From a virus (Duplodnaviria; Caudoviricetes): DNA of 51,402 bases. Location: positions 1 to 51,402 of the IMG/VR virus record IMGVR_UViG_3300025168_000010; one strand, 5' to 3'. Below are positions 26,388 through 37,200 of this stretch, in pieces. A program made the translations under genes and the position numbers. Below the pieces are notes generated by a model. That model worked only from the letters and a program-made list of their open reading frames with translations, was not told the DNA's origin and did not search any database. The number at the start of each line of letters is the position of its first letter. Position 1 is the stretch's first letter.

Positions 26388-27119
26388 ATGGCTGTATCAA
26401 AACCTACTTCTGGCTCTACCATTACGCCAACTAGCGTTACGGATATGTACGACTCTGTGAAAGATGTCGTAAATGCTGTTCCTGTTTCTTCTGTCGGAGA
26501 GTCAGCGTTTGGACCGCATGTTTTACCGTCTTGCATCCCAAACCTAGTAGGGACAACTACTTCTGGAGCAGTTAACTCTGCTGTCGCAACAGCAGACGCT
26601 GTTACTATAACCAAAGCTTCTCATAACGTAATGTTGCTAGAATCAGAAGGAGATGTCGTAACATCTACCCCGTGGGCAACAGTAGTCGAAATCACTAAAA
26701 GTGGTGGATACGTGCTTCCCCCATGCAAAGTTTTAGTGATGTTTGATGCTAGAATCTCTAATATTGTCAAGGCGCACACCGCTGACGACCAGATAGGGCA
26801 AGCATGGTTTTCTGTCTACTATACAGCTAATTACGGGGCATCTGACGTAACTGAATGGGAAACTAGAAATATGGGAATGGTGTTTACTGCACCCAGCATA
26901 TCTTCGGATTCAACATTGTTAGCGTCAAGCACAATTGAAGAGCCAGTTTCTTGCTGGTTTTTGATAGACAAGTCAGCTCTGACTGAAAACTGGACTTTAG
27001 TTAACATCAAAGCCGTTGGCGCTGTTGGGACAGGGGCACAAGCCCTTTCGAGAAGACCGACGAGCGTGACGTTCACAAGTGCGAACCTCTCATTTATTGC
27101 TTTGCATAAGGATTCATAA
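26388..27119 (+). CDS. Putative tail-associated protein
   Basis: Ser/Thr/Val-rich, abutting neighbours. Confidence 0.5.
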   Translation: MAVSKPTSGSTITPTSVTDMYDSVKDVVNAVPVSSVGESAFGPHVLPSCIPNLVGTTTSGAVNSAVATADAVTITKASHNVMLLESEGDVVTSTPWATVVEITKSGGYVLPPCKVLVMFDARISNIVKAHTADDQIGQAWFSVYYTANYGASDVTEWETRNMGMVFTAPSISSDSTLLASSTIEEPVSCWFLIDKSALTENWTLVNIKAVGAVGTGAQALSRRPTSVTFTSANLSFIALHKDS

Positions 27120-27835
27120 TGCCAACTATTCCTGATATGCCCATAGCATCTGGTAGCAACGTGTCTTTAGACACGATCTATGACTTTGGATTATTTAACC
27201 CAGAGGTCACACCAGATACATTAGAGATACTAAACGGTGGACTAGACTCAGAGAACTTTGCTGGAGGAGATGGCTCTATCACTCCTAGAATGTGTCAGTT
27301 CGGCTCGTTTGCAATCGGTTACTTTTCTGGCTTTACTCGAACAGACAAGATTTACGCACGACAAATGTCTACAGATTTGTCTGGGAACTCGAACCAAAAG
27401 CACGTCCACACACAACTATCTGCATCGATACACATACCGTGGGCACCTTCTGCTTTGATATTTGGGTATCAAGGTTGGTTTCAGCAAGACGCTACAGTAT
27501 GGGATCTGAATGGCACTCCTGTTACTGAGGACTGGACATTAAAACTTTATCGAAGAGACTCTAATGGGACGGACGGAGAGGTCGTAGGGACAAGGGCTAG
27601 TTTACCTTGGGGCCGAGTTACGGATGATGCGCCTACTGCATCTGTAAGTGATGCCGCTGGAGAGCAACAACAATTTTCCTGGCGTTACGTCAATAAACAC
27701 AAAACAATTACAAACGCTGCCGCAGGCTTTCATGAGTTTGAGTTGCAGGTTTTTACAAGCAACAAGGCTCCCGATAGGGAGATCGCTAAACTTAAGACCA
27801 TCATAGGTGGGTTTTTCGTGTTAGCAATACGTTAG
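27119..27835 (+). CDS. Putative tail-associated protein
   Basis: 238 aa, TAATG coupling. Confidence 0.5.
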   Translation: MPTIPDMPIASGSNVSLDTIYDFGLFNPEVTPDTLEILNGGLDSENFAGGDGSITPRMCQFGSFAIGYFSGFTRTDKIYARQMSTDLSGNSNQKHVHTQLSASIHIPWAPSALIFGYQGWFQQDATVWDLNGTPVTEDWTLKLYRRDSNGTDGEVVGTRASLPWGRVTDDAPTASVSDAAGEQQQFSWRYVNKHKTITNAAAGFHEFELQVFTSNKAPDREIAKLKTIIGGFFVLAIR

Positions 27836-27844
27836 GAGTTTGTC

Positions 27845-28387
27845 ATGAGTTGGTCTGGAGCAACAGCAGGTGCAATAACAGGAGCACAAATAGGGTCTGC
27901 AATACTTCCGGGTTGGGGAACCGCTATCGGCGCTGGGCTAGGTGGCTTGGGTGGATGGTTTACGACAAGAAGAACTGGAGCAGAGAAATCACTAGAGGAT
28001 TTCTATGCGCAGTTAGGTCAAGGCATGTCTCCAGAACAGGCTGCACAAGAAAAATCTATTGCAGCAAGTAAGGCAGAAGCAGCAGAGGCAGAGAATAGAG
28101 CGAAACTAATTAAACGTGGTGGAGCCAGCACGAGCGGTATCGCTTCGGCTAATGCACTGCAAGCAGCGCAATTGGCCAGACTCGCTAAGACTGAGGGTGA
28201 AGGCAAACTAGCGAAAGAGCAAGCCGAGCGAAGTTTACAAATGAAAATTGCAGGGATGCAGGGAACGGCTTCTATTGAACAGCAAAAGAGACTGGACAAA
28301 GAAAAGGCTGCGAATCTGCTTCTTACTTCAGATATAGGCACAGATACTTTAAGTACTTTGGGCGAGAACCTTTCACAGATAGGATAA
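27845..28387 (+). CDS. Putative DNA ejection/pilot protein
   Basis: Glycine-zipper N-terminus GATAGAITGAQIGSAILPGWGTAIGAGLGGLGG, then Ala/Gln coiled coil, typical of podoviral internal virion proteins. Confidence 0.65.
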   Translation: MSWSGATAGAITGAQIGSAILPGWGTAIGAGLGGLGGWFTTRRTGAEKSLEDFYAQLGQGMSPEQAAQEKSIAASKAEAAEAENRAKLIKRGGASTSGIASANALQAAQLARLAKTEGEGKLAKEQAERSLQMKIAGMQGTASIEQQKRLDKEKAANLLLTSDIGTDTLSTLGENLSQIG

Positions 28388-28393
28388 CTGACA

Positions 28394-30469
28394 ATGGCTA
28401 CCCCAAAAACAGCAGGCTTTGGCGCAGGTTTATTCGGAAACAGCAAAACCTCTACAAGCCAACCAGGAACGTTTCCTCTAGGTGTTGGTGGCGGCATTGC
28501 TCAGATGATCGCTTCTCGTCGGGAAGGCCAGTATGCCTTCATGTCTCCTGCTCAACAGACTGCAATGCGCAATGAATTAGAGCTGAGTCTAGATGAGTTA
28601 GACAAGGTGGAGCACGAATGGCGGTTGGGTCTAGTTAAAGACAAAGACTCTAAGTGGGACAAGTTGTTCGAACTGTATAAGGCAAAAGCAGATATTGCAA
28701 AGGCTGCTGGCCAGCAGGCGATAATGAAGCAGGGGACTCTAGTGGGTGCGCTCGGCGTGATGGGTGTTGACCCTTTCTCTGCGGCGATAGTGGGTAACGA
28801 TGTGAACACGATTGATGGGGTTCTCAAGCTAACCACGGGAGTAGGCACCGCAATGACAGGACTTATCCCGACGGGAGGGTTTGATAAAGCCGCTGTAAGG
28901 GAGTTCCAGAAGTCAGGCGACAACCGGGCGAAGGCGCAGTGGATTTCCCAAAAGATTGGCAAGCCAATTGAGGCGTTTGCTGATCAGGCTAGAGACTACG
29001 GCAGCAGGATTCAGGTGGCTGGAGGATACGGGAGGCTGGCTACTACAGCGATGGTCCAGAGACAGGTTGGAAATCTGGTAACCAGTGATCTCTCAAAGTT
29101 CCTTCTTAATGCGATGCCAGACAGCACCGTTCAAGAACGGCTAGAAGTACAGCGTATCTTTATGGAAAAGCATGTAAGTAAGGGTAATGCAGACTGGGGC
29201 AAGACGGATACCGATGCTGTCATGAACGATAGAACAGATCTGGATAAGCAAGTAACACAAAAAATTCGTAGCTCCGATTACGTTCATGATTACATGAAAA
29301 GGGCCGGTGGCTTCGATCAAGGGACAGACGATGCCGAAGAACTTGAAAGGATTCTCAATCTCCCTCCGGATGACCCCACTAGCCCCATGAGCGACGTGGT
29401 GCCGCCTGATTACATGGTAAATAGAAGGGCCACTCTTGAGGCCCAGTTAGCCAGACTAGAGTGGAGTGACCCTTACGCAGACCAAGTTATACGTGTCGCT
29501 GAATTGGAAGGCTTTGACCAGTACAAGGCAGCACTAGGAATAAAAGGTACCAGCTACGAGTCAAACCGTAAAGCAGCTATGATCTTGGCTAAAGATCCGG
29601 GAGCAGCAACTGCCGCTTTCAAGTTTTACAAGCAAGCAAAGCTTAATGGTGTTCCTGAAGCAAAACTAGATGTAATGTACCGTCAGTACCTCGTAAAGAG
29701 TGGGGCACCAGAAGGGGGCCTGTTCGGTAAAAAGTTCGACTCGGAAAGTGTCAGACGTGCAACTCTAGCAGGGATGTCACCTAGTGAAGTCACAAGTATC
29801 GGAGCAACCATTGGTAACTATCTAGAGACGGGTGAGTTCCAGTACATAAAGCCTCCTTTTGCTACCAGATACCAAGAGTTCAAAGACTCTTTGATAGAAA
29901 AGTACGCAGACGAAACTAATGCTGAAGCCAAAACACTTCTTATGGAAGTCGATGTTGCTGCTTGGTTGGGTAAGCAAGATGCAGCCGAGCTTGATTCCGA
30001 CGAAGGTGCTGGTGTTATCTCTACAATCGAGAATGAAACCACCAAGGCTGTTCAGTGGCATAACAATATGCGATCTCTAGCCGAAGGCGGCGGGGGAGTA
30101 AGGTTTAAAGACGAGCAAGAACTTCTCTCTGAAGACCTTAAGCACTGGGAGGAAGTATCTGGCGTTGACACCTCTGAAAAAGCAGAGGCTGCTCGGAAGG
30201 CAGCAAGAGCCGTCGCTGCTGACTTGGGTGGTGAACGGCCAGAAGGAGTGATGCCAACGTCAGGGGAAGCACAAGAAGCATCAGAGACATTCGGTGTAGA
30301 GCCTGAACCACCTGTAACTGCTGAAACTGATACTCCAGTAAACAAGGGTGATAGCAAGGCAGAGGCTAAACGTAAGGCTATATCAAGAAACTTAGGCTTG
30401 AGGCCTGTGGTAGACGACTCTGAGGCAGAAGAAGCGAAGAGGCTCAAAATATCTAACAATCTTTTCTAG
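28394..30469 (+). CDS. Putative internal virion/ejection protein
   Basis: 691 aa, largely helical, between the pilot-like gene and the giant gene. Confidence 0.55.
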   Translation: MATPKTAGFGAGLFGNSKTSTSQPGTFPLGVGGGIAQMIASRREGQYAFMSPAQQTAMRNELELSLDELDKVEHEWRLGLVKDKDSKWDKLFELYKAKADIAKAAGQQAIMKQGTLVGALGVMGVDPFSAAIVGNDVNTIDGVLKLTTGVGTAMTGLIPTGGFDKAAVREFQKSGDNRAKAQWISQKIGKPIEAFADQARDYGSRIQVAGGYGRLATTAMVQRQVGNLVTSDLSKFLLNAMPDSTVQERLEVQRIFMEKHVSKGNADWGKTDTDAVMNDRTDLDKQVTQKIRSSDYVHDYMKRAGGFDQGTDDAEELERILNLPPDDPTSPMSDVVPPDYMVNRRATLEAQLARLEWSDPYADQVIRVAELEGFDQYKAALGIKGTSYESNRKAAMILAKDPGAATAAFKFYKQAKLNGVPEAKLDVMYRQYLVKSGAPEGGLFGKKFDSESVRRATLAGMSPSEVTSIGATIGNYLETGEFQYIKPPFATRYQEFKDSLIEKYADETNAEAKTLLMEVDVAAWLGKQDAAELDSDEGAGVISTIENETTKAVQWHNNMRSLAEGGGGVRFKDEQELLSEDLKHWEEVSGVDTSEKAEAARKAARAVAADLGGERPEGVMPTSGEAQEASETFGVEPEPPVTAETDTPVNKGDSKAEAKRKAISRNLGLRPVVDDSEAEEAKRLKISNNLF

Positions 30470-30485
30470 AAGTAAGGACTAAAAA

Positions 30486-31241
30486 ATGGCAGATAAATCA
30501 TTTCCCCACACAATGGCTGACGGGACAGTAGCCAAAGTTACGTTCAAAGGCGATACAGCATTTGTTGATGGCACAAAGATGAATGCGGCTGACTCGGCGA
30601 CGTTGCTTAGTATGTACGCAGAGCCAACTGTTGCATCCGGCCTTTCCCAACGAGCACTATCAGATATAGTCGGACCAGCTATTGCTGAGGCAGCAGAGAG
30701 GGACAAAGGAAAGATCATTGCTCTAAAGAGACTTTACCAGTTTGGCAGTAAGCCGACATACGCTGGGGGCGAAAAGCCGGGGATGTTTTCCGGCGGTGGG
30801 TTGCCTGAGAAATGGGACGCATCTGAAGATCCAAGATTTGCTCGTTACAAGGCGAGGCTGCAAACGGCTGATAACGTCCCCGATTCCATACGATTATTTA
30901 GTGATATGGTTGCCGATAAAAACCCTGCTGTCTCTGCGTTTGCTATGGATCGGTTAGACCTCCTTACCAACATTATCTATCGTGGCGGTAACGAAACCGA
31001 TGGGGTTCCGGGGGTCAGCACTAAAGCAGGGGCCGGTGGCTCCATTATAGGAAACAAAGAATGGTGGACCTCACCCGGAGGTATGCACATAAGCCTTACT
31101 CCAGAAAAAGGTTCTTTGCAGCACAGGGCGGCCTCTGCGCAGCATGGCGCTAAAGGTGCTGATGAGCTTGAGAGGCAGAAAAAGAAAGCAAAAGAACAGT
31201 ACGAAAGCCCAGAACCTGAAAAAGAAACCTACGAACTGTAG
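30486..31241 (+). CDS. Putative internal virion protein
   Basis: 251-aa ORF in the ejection module. Confidence 0.5.
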   Translation: MADKSFPHTMADGTVAKVTFKGDTAFVDGTKMNAADSATLLSMYAEPTVASGLSQRALSDIVGPAIAEAAERDKGKIIALKRLYQFGSKPTYAGGEKPGMFSGGGLPEKWDASEDPRFARYKARLQTADNVPDSIRLFSDMVADKNPAVSAFAMDRLDLLTNIIYRGGNETDGVPGVSTKAGAGGSIIGNKEWWTSPGGMHISLTPEKGSLQHRAASAQHGAKGADELERQKKKAKEQYESPEPEKETYEL

Positions 31242-31256
31242 CCCCCAGAGGAACTA

Positions 31257-34200
31257 ATGGCCGAGGAAGAAGGCAATAAACAAGCTGCTATCTCTTCAGA
31301 TGAAGGGATAAATCAAAAGCAGTGGTTGAACGATGCTGACTTGGGTGCTCCACAGCTGCCCAGTCTGCTTTCGGACGAACAGAAGGCTCGCCTTACCGAC
31401 CCTAAACAAACTTACCATAAGGATAAGGCTGCTGGGCGCAACCTCCGAGCCACTGAACCACGGTACCATCCTGCAAGTTGGAGGGAACTCGGTGGGAGCA
31501 TGTTGTCCACTCCTGAGAGACGGGAGGAAGCATCAGACGCCTATAAACTGGCTGAGCTATATCCTGAGCACAGAGACTTCTACATGGAGATTGCTGGTGC
31601 TAACGCTATCGGCCAACGAGACCTTCTAACATTTGAGGACATAGAAGAAGCAGAGTCTCCGTCTATCTGGGAAAACATAGGGACAGCCTTAGAGCCATTC
31701 CTAACCCCACAACGGATGCTTTGGTACTCTGGACTTAAGTTAGGAGAACTTCTTCCAGATCCCGGCAGTATGTTCGGTGACGCTGTGCAAGATGTTGTTG
31801 GTGTAATCGGGGCACCGTTCTTATTCGCTACAACAGGTATCTTAGAGGCTGGGCCTATGGCCTATGAAAGCCTATTCGGAGAGGGGGAGACGCAACGGGA
31901 TGATCACTTCTCAAGTGGGAAACCGCCAGCAGAGGAGCTGGCTTTAACGTTTAGAGATATGGTTGAGAATCTTTATGGAGATGTTTCTACAGGAGAACTA
32001 GCGGCTAAGGCCGAGGCAAACATGAGACCTTGGCTCTGGGGCGACTGGAGTACTGCACCTGCTCCGACGGGAACGTCGATTCTCGACTCAATGATGTCCT
32101 ACGAGGAAGCAGAGTACCTGTCGCAAAAAGGAGAAACCCGACAGTTAAGAAAGTTTGGGGACTGGATGAGTAGCGACACTGGTCGCATGGTGATGGGTCT
32201 TTCAATGGAGCTAATCGCAGATCCTCTCTGGTTCACTGGCCCTATTGGTAAAGGCGGTAACGTTGTTGCGCATGGCGATAAACTGGTTCGCGTAAGCAAA
32301 GTTTTAACGAAAACAGCAGGGAAGCTGCGCACACTAAACCCTAAGTACTCTAAGAATGACTTTACTCATTCGTTGATCCATCTTGTTGAAGGAACTGACG
32401 AGCAAATAAAAACAGCAGAGCTGTTGCTAAGTAACCATAGTGCAATGGCGAGAACTCAAATAAAAGCTCTTAACAGGGAAGCAGAGCTTGCAAAGAATGC
32501 TTTAAAGACAGACAACCCAGAAGACCTCAGAAAGGCAGTCAGGGCTATTGCAGACGAAAAGATAGACGCACAGAAAACAATAAGCGCCCACCATGAGATA
32601 CTAGCCACAAAGGGTGCCAAAGAAAGAGGGAAGCTTTTTGCTCAGCAAGAAACTGAAAAGATTAGGCTTATAGCCAGTGACCCTGCTAAGGCTAAAGTAT
32701 GGCTTAACCGTCAGGTAAGAGACCTTCCAAGGCGAGCTAAGGTGTACCAAGGTCTTTCGGACGATATTGGAAAGATAGTGGGAGATATCTCTGATGCGAG
32801 AAAGTTAGGCGGCAAAGCAGGCAAGAAAGCACTTTCTAAGTTTGCAGGAAAAGGTGGCAGGTGGGCGGTACATATCCCGCTTACAACCAAGCATGGCTTC
32901 CTTTTAGAGAAGGGAGCATTTGAGTCTGTAACCGAACTTATGCGTAAGGTTGGCCCAATTGATAACATGATGGATAACTTCGCTGTATCCGCTTTGAATA
33001 ATACAGTAAAAGTAGCAAGAGAAGCATCTCCAAATATATCAACGCTCGATGCGCTTGGTGGTAGCCAAGCAAAACTTGCAGCATACACCATGATGAATGC
33101 CACACAAAGTCTAGCCCTTATCCCCTTGGCTAGTTGGGATGTGTTTAGACGCGCTTTGGGTACTAGGTACTTACAGCCCATGACTCAATCCCTCCACCTA
33201 AGAGGGGCTTCTGAGAGTGGGTTCTTACCGGTACTCGGTGCAGGTACAAAAACCATCCAGCGCATAAAGAAGGTTCACCCGAAGGTATGGGAGCAGTACC
33301 AAGAAGGTCTTACCAAGATGATGGAGGGCTACACTGGGCTTGAGACACAACTAAGAGGTAGAATCCTTAGACTGTTTAAACTAGCAGGTCAAACAGCAGA
33401 TACACGTCGGAAGAAGTCAGCAGCGGAAGTTGCTCGCCTCACTGCGTTGCGTGGCAGGTCGACTGATCCTGTACGGATAGCAGAACTAAACTTTGAAATT
33501 GACAGAGCAAAGATGTGGGGGAACACTAAAGAGTACACAATTAAGAACATCATGAATGAAGCCGGTTCCGCTTTGGAGGAAGGCGCAGGTAAACTCGAAA
33601 AGCTATCTGACGACGCTCTTGAGGTCGGCAAGGGTGCTAGAGCCATCATTGATGCAATCCTTAACGACCCAACAATCAAAGCAGGAAAGCTAGAAGTAGA
33701 GCAAGCACTTGTGGCTATGGCTCGCCTTGCAAAAGGCAGCAATATAGAAAAAACAAGGATTCTTGGAGACTTAAAACTTATAGAAGAAAAACTTTCTACT
33801 ATGAATCTAGCAAAAGAGGTTGCTACACGTAAGATGCGCAGGGCTTACACTGCCCGATTAGCAGAACTTCGCTCTGCCACAAAAGTAATTGAAACAATAA
33901 GGCCAGAGGCTCTTACCTCCGCGATTCAAAGGATGATTGAAACCCCAGAGAGTCCAGCAGATCTGCTCAATGACTTTGTAAGGATCTTTGGAACTGAGGA
34001 GGCGGCACGTTCTGTACTTCGTAGTACAGCAATAGCGATGGGTAACAACAATGAAGCCACCGCTATGCGGATGTTCGCTGAAAAAATTGCAGGTGACTTA
34101 CCGACTGAAGTTATAAAGGATTCAGAGAAATTAAGAGAAGCGATTGGTCGTGGAATCAAAGACTACCTTTCTAGCCTGAAATCAGAGTCTGCTAGACTAC

Positions 34201-37200
34201 ACAACTCATGGGTGCAAGGCAGCTCTAAAACTAAAATTGGGCAAAGGGAGTTCTTCCCTGGAATGAAGTCTGATGACTTCGATGACCTTGCAAACTCTCT
34301 CATTGAAAGGGAGATTTTATCTTGGAAGGTCTTAGTCCCATCGAGTGAACGAGCAGCGTTTGAGAAGTGGGCCAGCAGAGGCCAAGTCCAAGAAGAAAAC
34401 ATACTAGCCATATTGGATAAAAGGGCACCTATTGTTAGCGCAGGAAGTGAACACTGGCAAGATGCTTTTGGTTTCTACAGCAGGGCTAAAGCATTAGAGC
34501 AAGTGAAGGTAACGGCTAGGAAGTGGGCCTCCTCCACAGATAAAGTCTCTGACATCCAACGACAAGTGCTACCGATTGCGAGTAGGGGGTCCAAGGAGGA
34601 GATGTACCGTGTTGCAGATGCCGCTGTAGCGGAGGGTGCTACCGTCTCAGATAGGTACATTGAACCTTCTCGCTGGCGCAGAAAGCCTAAGCCTAAGCCA
34701 GAGCCAAAGCATGTGCCTGTGCAGGCTATCCCAGATAAAGATTTATATGTCCCAACTCCAGAAGAGTTGGCCGCTGAGTTGGAGTTTGAAACTAATCTTT
34801 TAGCCCTTAGAGACAAGTTTACCAGAGTCTTTGATGACAAGAAAGTAGATAACAGCAAGTTTTTAGAGTCTTTAGGTTTAACAAAGAACGAACTACAAGA
34901 TCTAATGACCGACCTGTATGGTAAAAGCCATTTAAAGTCTTTGGCTGCAAAAGAGACACTGCGGAAAATCTTTAGAGAAAAAGCTGTCATACAGCCTCCT
35001 GGTCTTAGTACCAAAAAAATTGACGTAGACTTTGATCTTATTGCGCAAGACCCAAACCTAAGCGTTGCGGCTGTACAAAAGAAAGTAGGAGAGAGTGCAG
35101 AAATACAAATAGGACGCGCTCTGTTTAGAGATTCAGATTCTACAATTGTAGAAACAACAATACTAACTCCGAGCACCCCGCCTAAAAAGCGTATTACTGA
35201 CAAAGAGTTTATAGAAAAACAGTACAAAATTACGGGTAATCGCAAACTATTCAAATTAGAAAAAGGTGATGAATACCTACCAGACCCAGTACTTGACTTG
35301 CTGGATGAAATCGGAGACGTGCCCGTCTTTGTTCACGACGGTAAGTACCGACTTACTGGGCGTAGTTCGCTTGCACTTGAACATTGGCCCAAACCAAAGC
35401 CAACAGAATCCATATACTATTTCCCGAAACAAGAAGGGCCACCAGGCTATAATTTCCTAAAGGGTGAAGCTACTCCTGTGGCTGGTAGGCCAGTTGACCT
35501 TGGGGTCAAAGATGGTAGAGAATACTTTGTATTCAAACAAGTCTACAATTCCAAATCAAAACAAGGTGCCCTAAAGCAAGGTGACGAGGTAACCGGTCTT
35601 CATGGCGGTATAGACGATATAGAGAAAGGCCCATTAATGGAGTCTGGCTTTTCTGGCGCAGCGAAAGGAGAGGCAGAGGGTGTCCATGTTCGTATCATCC
35701 ATCGTGGGGAGGATCTAGAAGAACAGCTTATGGTTCCTATCCTAAACAAAAAAGAAAAGTTGCAACCGGGATACGGGACCGGAATCCACTACGTGCAAGT
35801 AAGAAGTAAAGAAGAACAGGTTGCAGCAGTAGAAATATCTGGGATGATCAGAGCCGGGAGGGAGCGTCTTGCGAGAAAGCGTTTTGAGAAGGGGCCAAAC
35901 TTTGCGGAGTATCAGAAAGTTACCGGCGAACTAAACGATCAGCGAGTTATCTTACAAAGCAACATACAGAAGAAGATAGATCAGCTAGAGAAAGCTCTCT
36001 CAAAGCTAGAGCGGAGCAGGGCTGGGGCACTAAGAGCAAGCTTGGCTGACCGGCCTGCTATCTATAAACGAATAGATGGTAAAGAAAAAGAGATTAATTT
36101 AAAGCTTAAGCCTCTGCTCGCTAACAAAAGAAAGTTTGTTGAAAAAAAGATAACCCCATTGGAAGGAAGGCTCAGTACGCTTAAGCCGCCTCCAGTTGCC
36201 GCAGGCAAGTCGACAGAAAATGGTGTCCTTCAGGTTGTTGGCCACGAAGTTGAAATTAGCTCTATGCTAGAAAGGCAGTTCTTTGTCTATATGGACAAGA
36301 GCACCAACAACTGGCATGTAGTAGACACTACTACCGGAGCTAGGGTATCACAAGGCCACAACTCTAATAGCGCAGTATCCGCAGCCAACCACCTCATCGA
36401 GGAAGAGGGCAGGATAAGCTACTTCAACAAACTTGATGGAAGCCCTAGTTTGTGGGGCTTTGGAGAAAAGCAGGTCAAAAAGGTCTTCACTGGGAAACCG
36501 GAGTGGCGTGTAAAAGATGTTGCATCAGGTCTTACACGCGGCAAAGGCCCGACTAGAGAAGCAGCGATAGATGCCGCAAAGAATAAAACGAACTCCAAGT
36601 TCGATTCGTATGTAGCCCAAGAACAAGCAAAGCCAAACTACAGGCCAGTGCTTAGAGAAGTTAGCCGTGAAGAGCAGGCCAAACTTCCTTGGCAACTTTA
36701 TCTTGAACAATCAGGCAAGCCCCACGGGAATCTCTGGGGTGGGAAAGTTGCTTTGGCAAGGACGAAAGAGCGAACTGGCAAAGCATTAATGCCTATTACT
36801 AAGGAAAGGATTAAGGAAGCACAAGAACTTGGTGCCACGTTTATACTTGGAAACACCAAGCATCTTGACCGCCAACTTGCTTTGTTCTTAGATGAAATCG
36901 GCGCAAACTACACAGTATACCATGCTGGAGATGTACCAATCGTTACTCGCCCAGTGGCTAGGCTTGAGTCTAAAACTTTGGAAGCGATAGAGTCAGCATC
37001 CCCACGAAGGCCATTCTCTAGGTATCTCCTTGATGAGTTGCGTGTCCCAGAGAAGCCTAAGCGCCCACCTCTAAACGAGTTCCCTGAACCTGTCTCAGCG
37101 TTTAACCCTATGGTGAAGCGCAAGGTTTACCGAGAAGATGGTGGCCAAGTAGTTGATGTTGCCAAGGTGGTAGACGATCTTGACCCTGCGGTTAAATTCA

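Noticed and set aside
35022-35036. DVDFD in the giant protein as a two-barrel RNA polymerase DxDxD catalytic loop
   Set aside because: Does not match DFDGD/DFDID register or context, and a DxDxD is expected by chance in 3,399 aa; only structure prediction could revive it.
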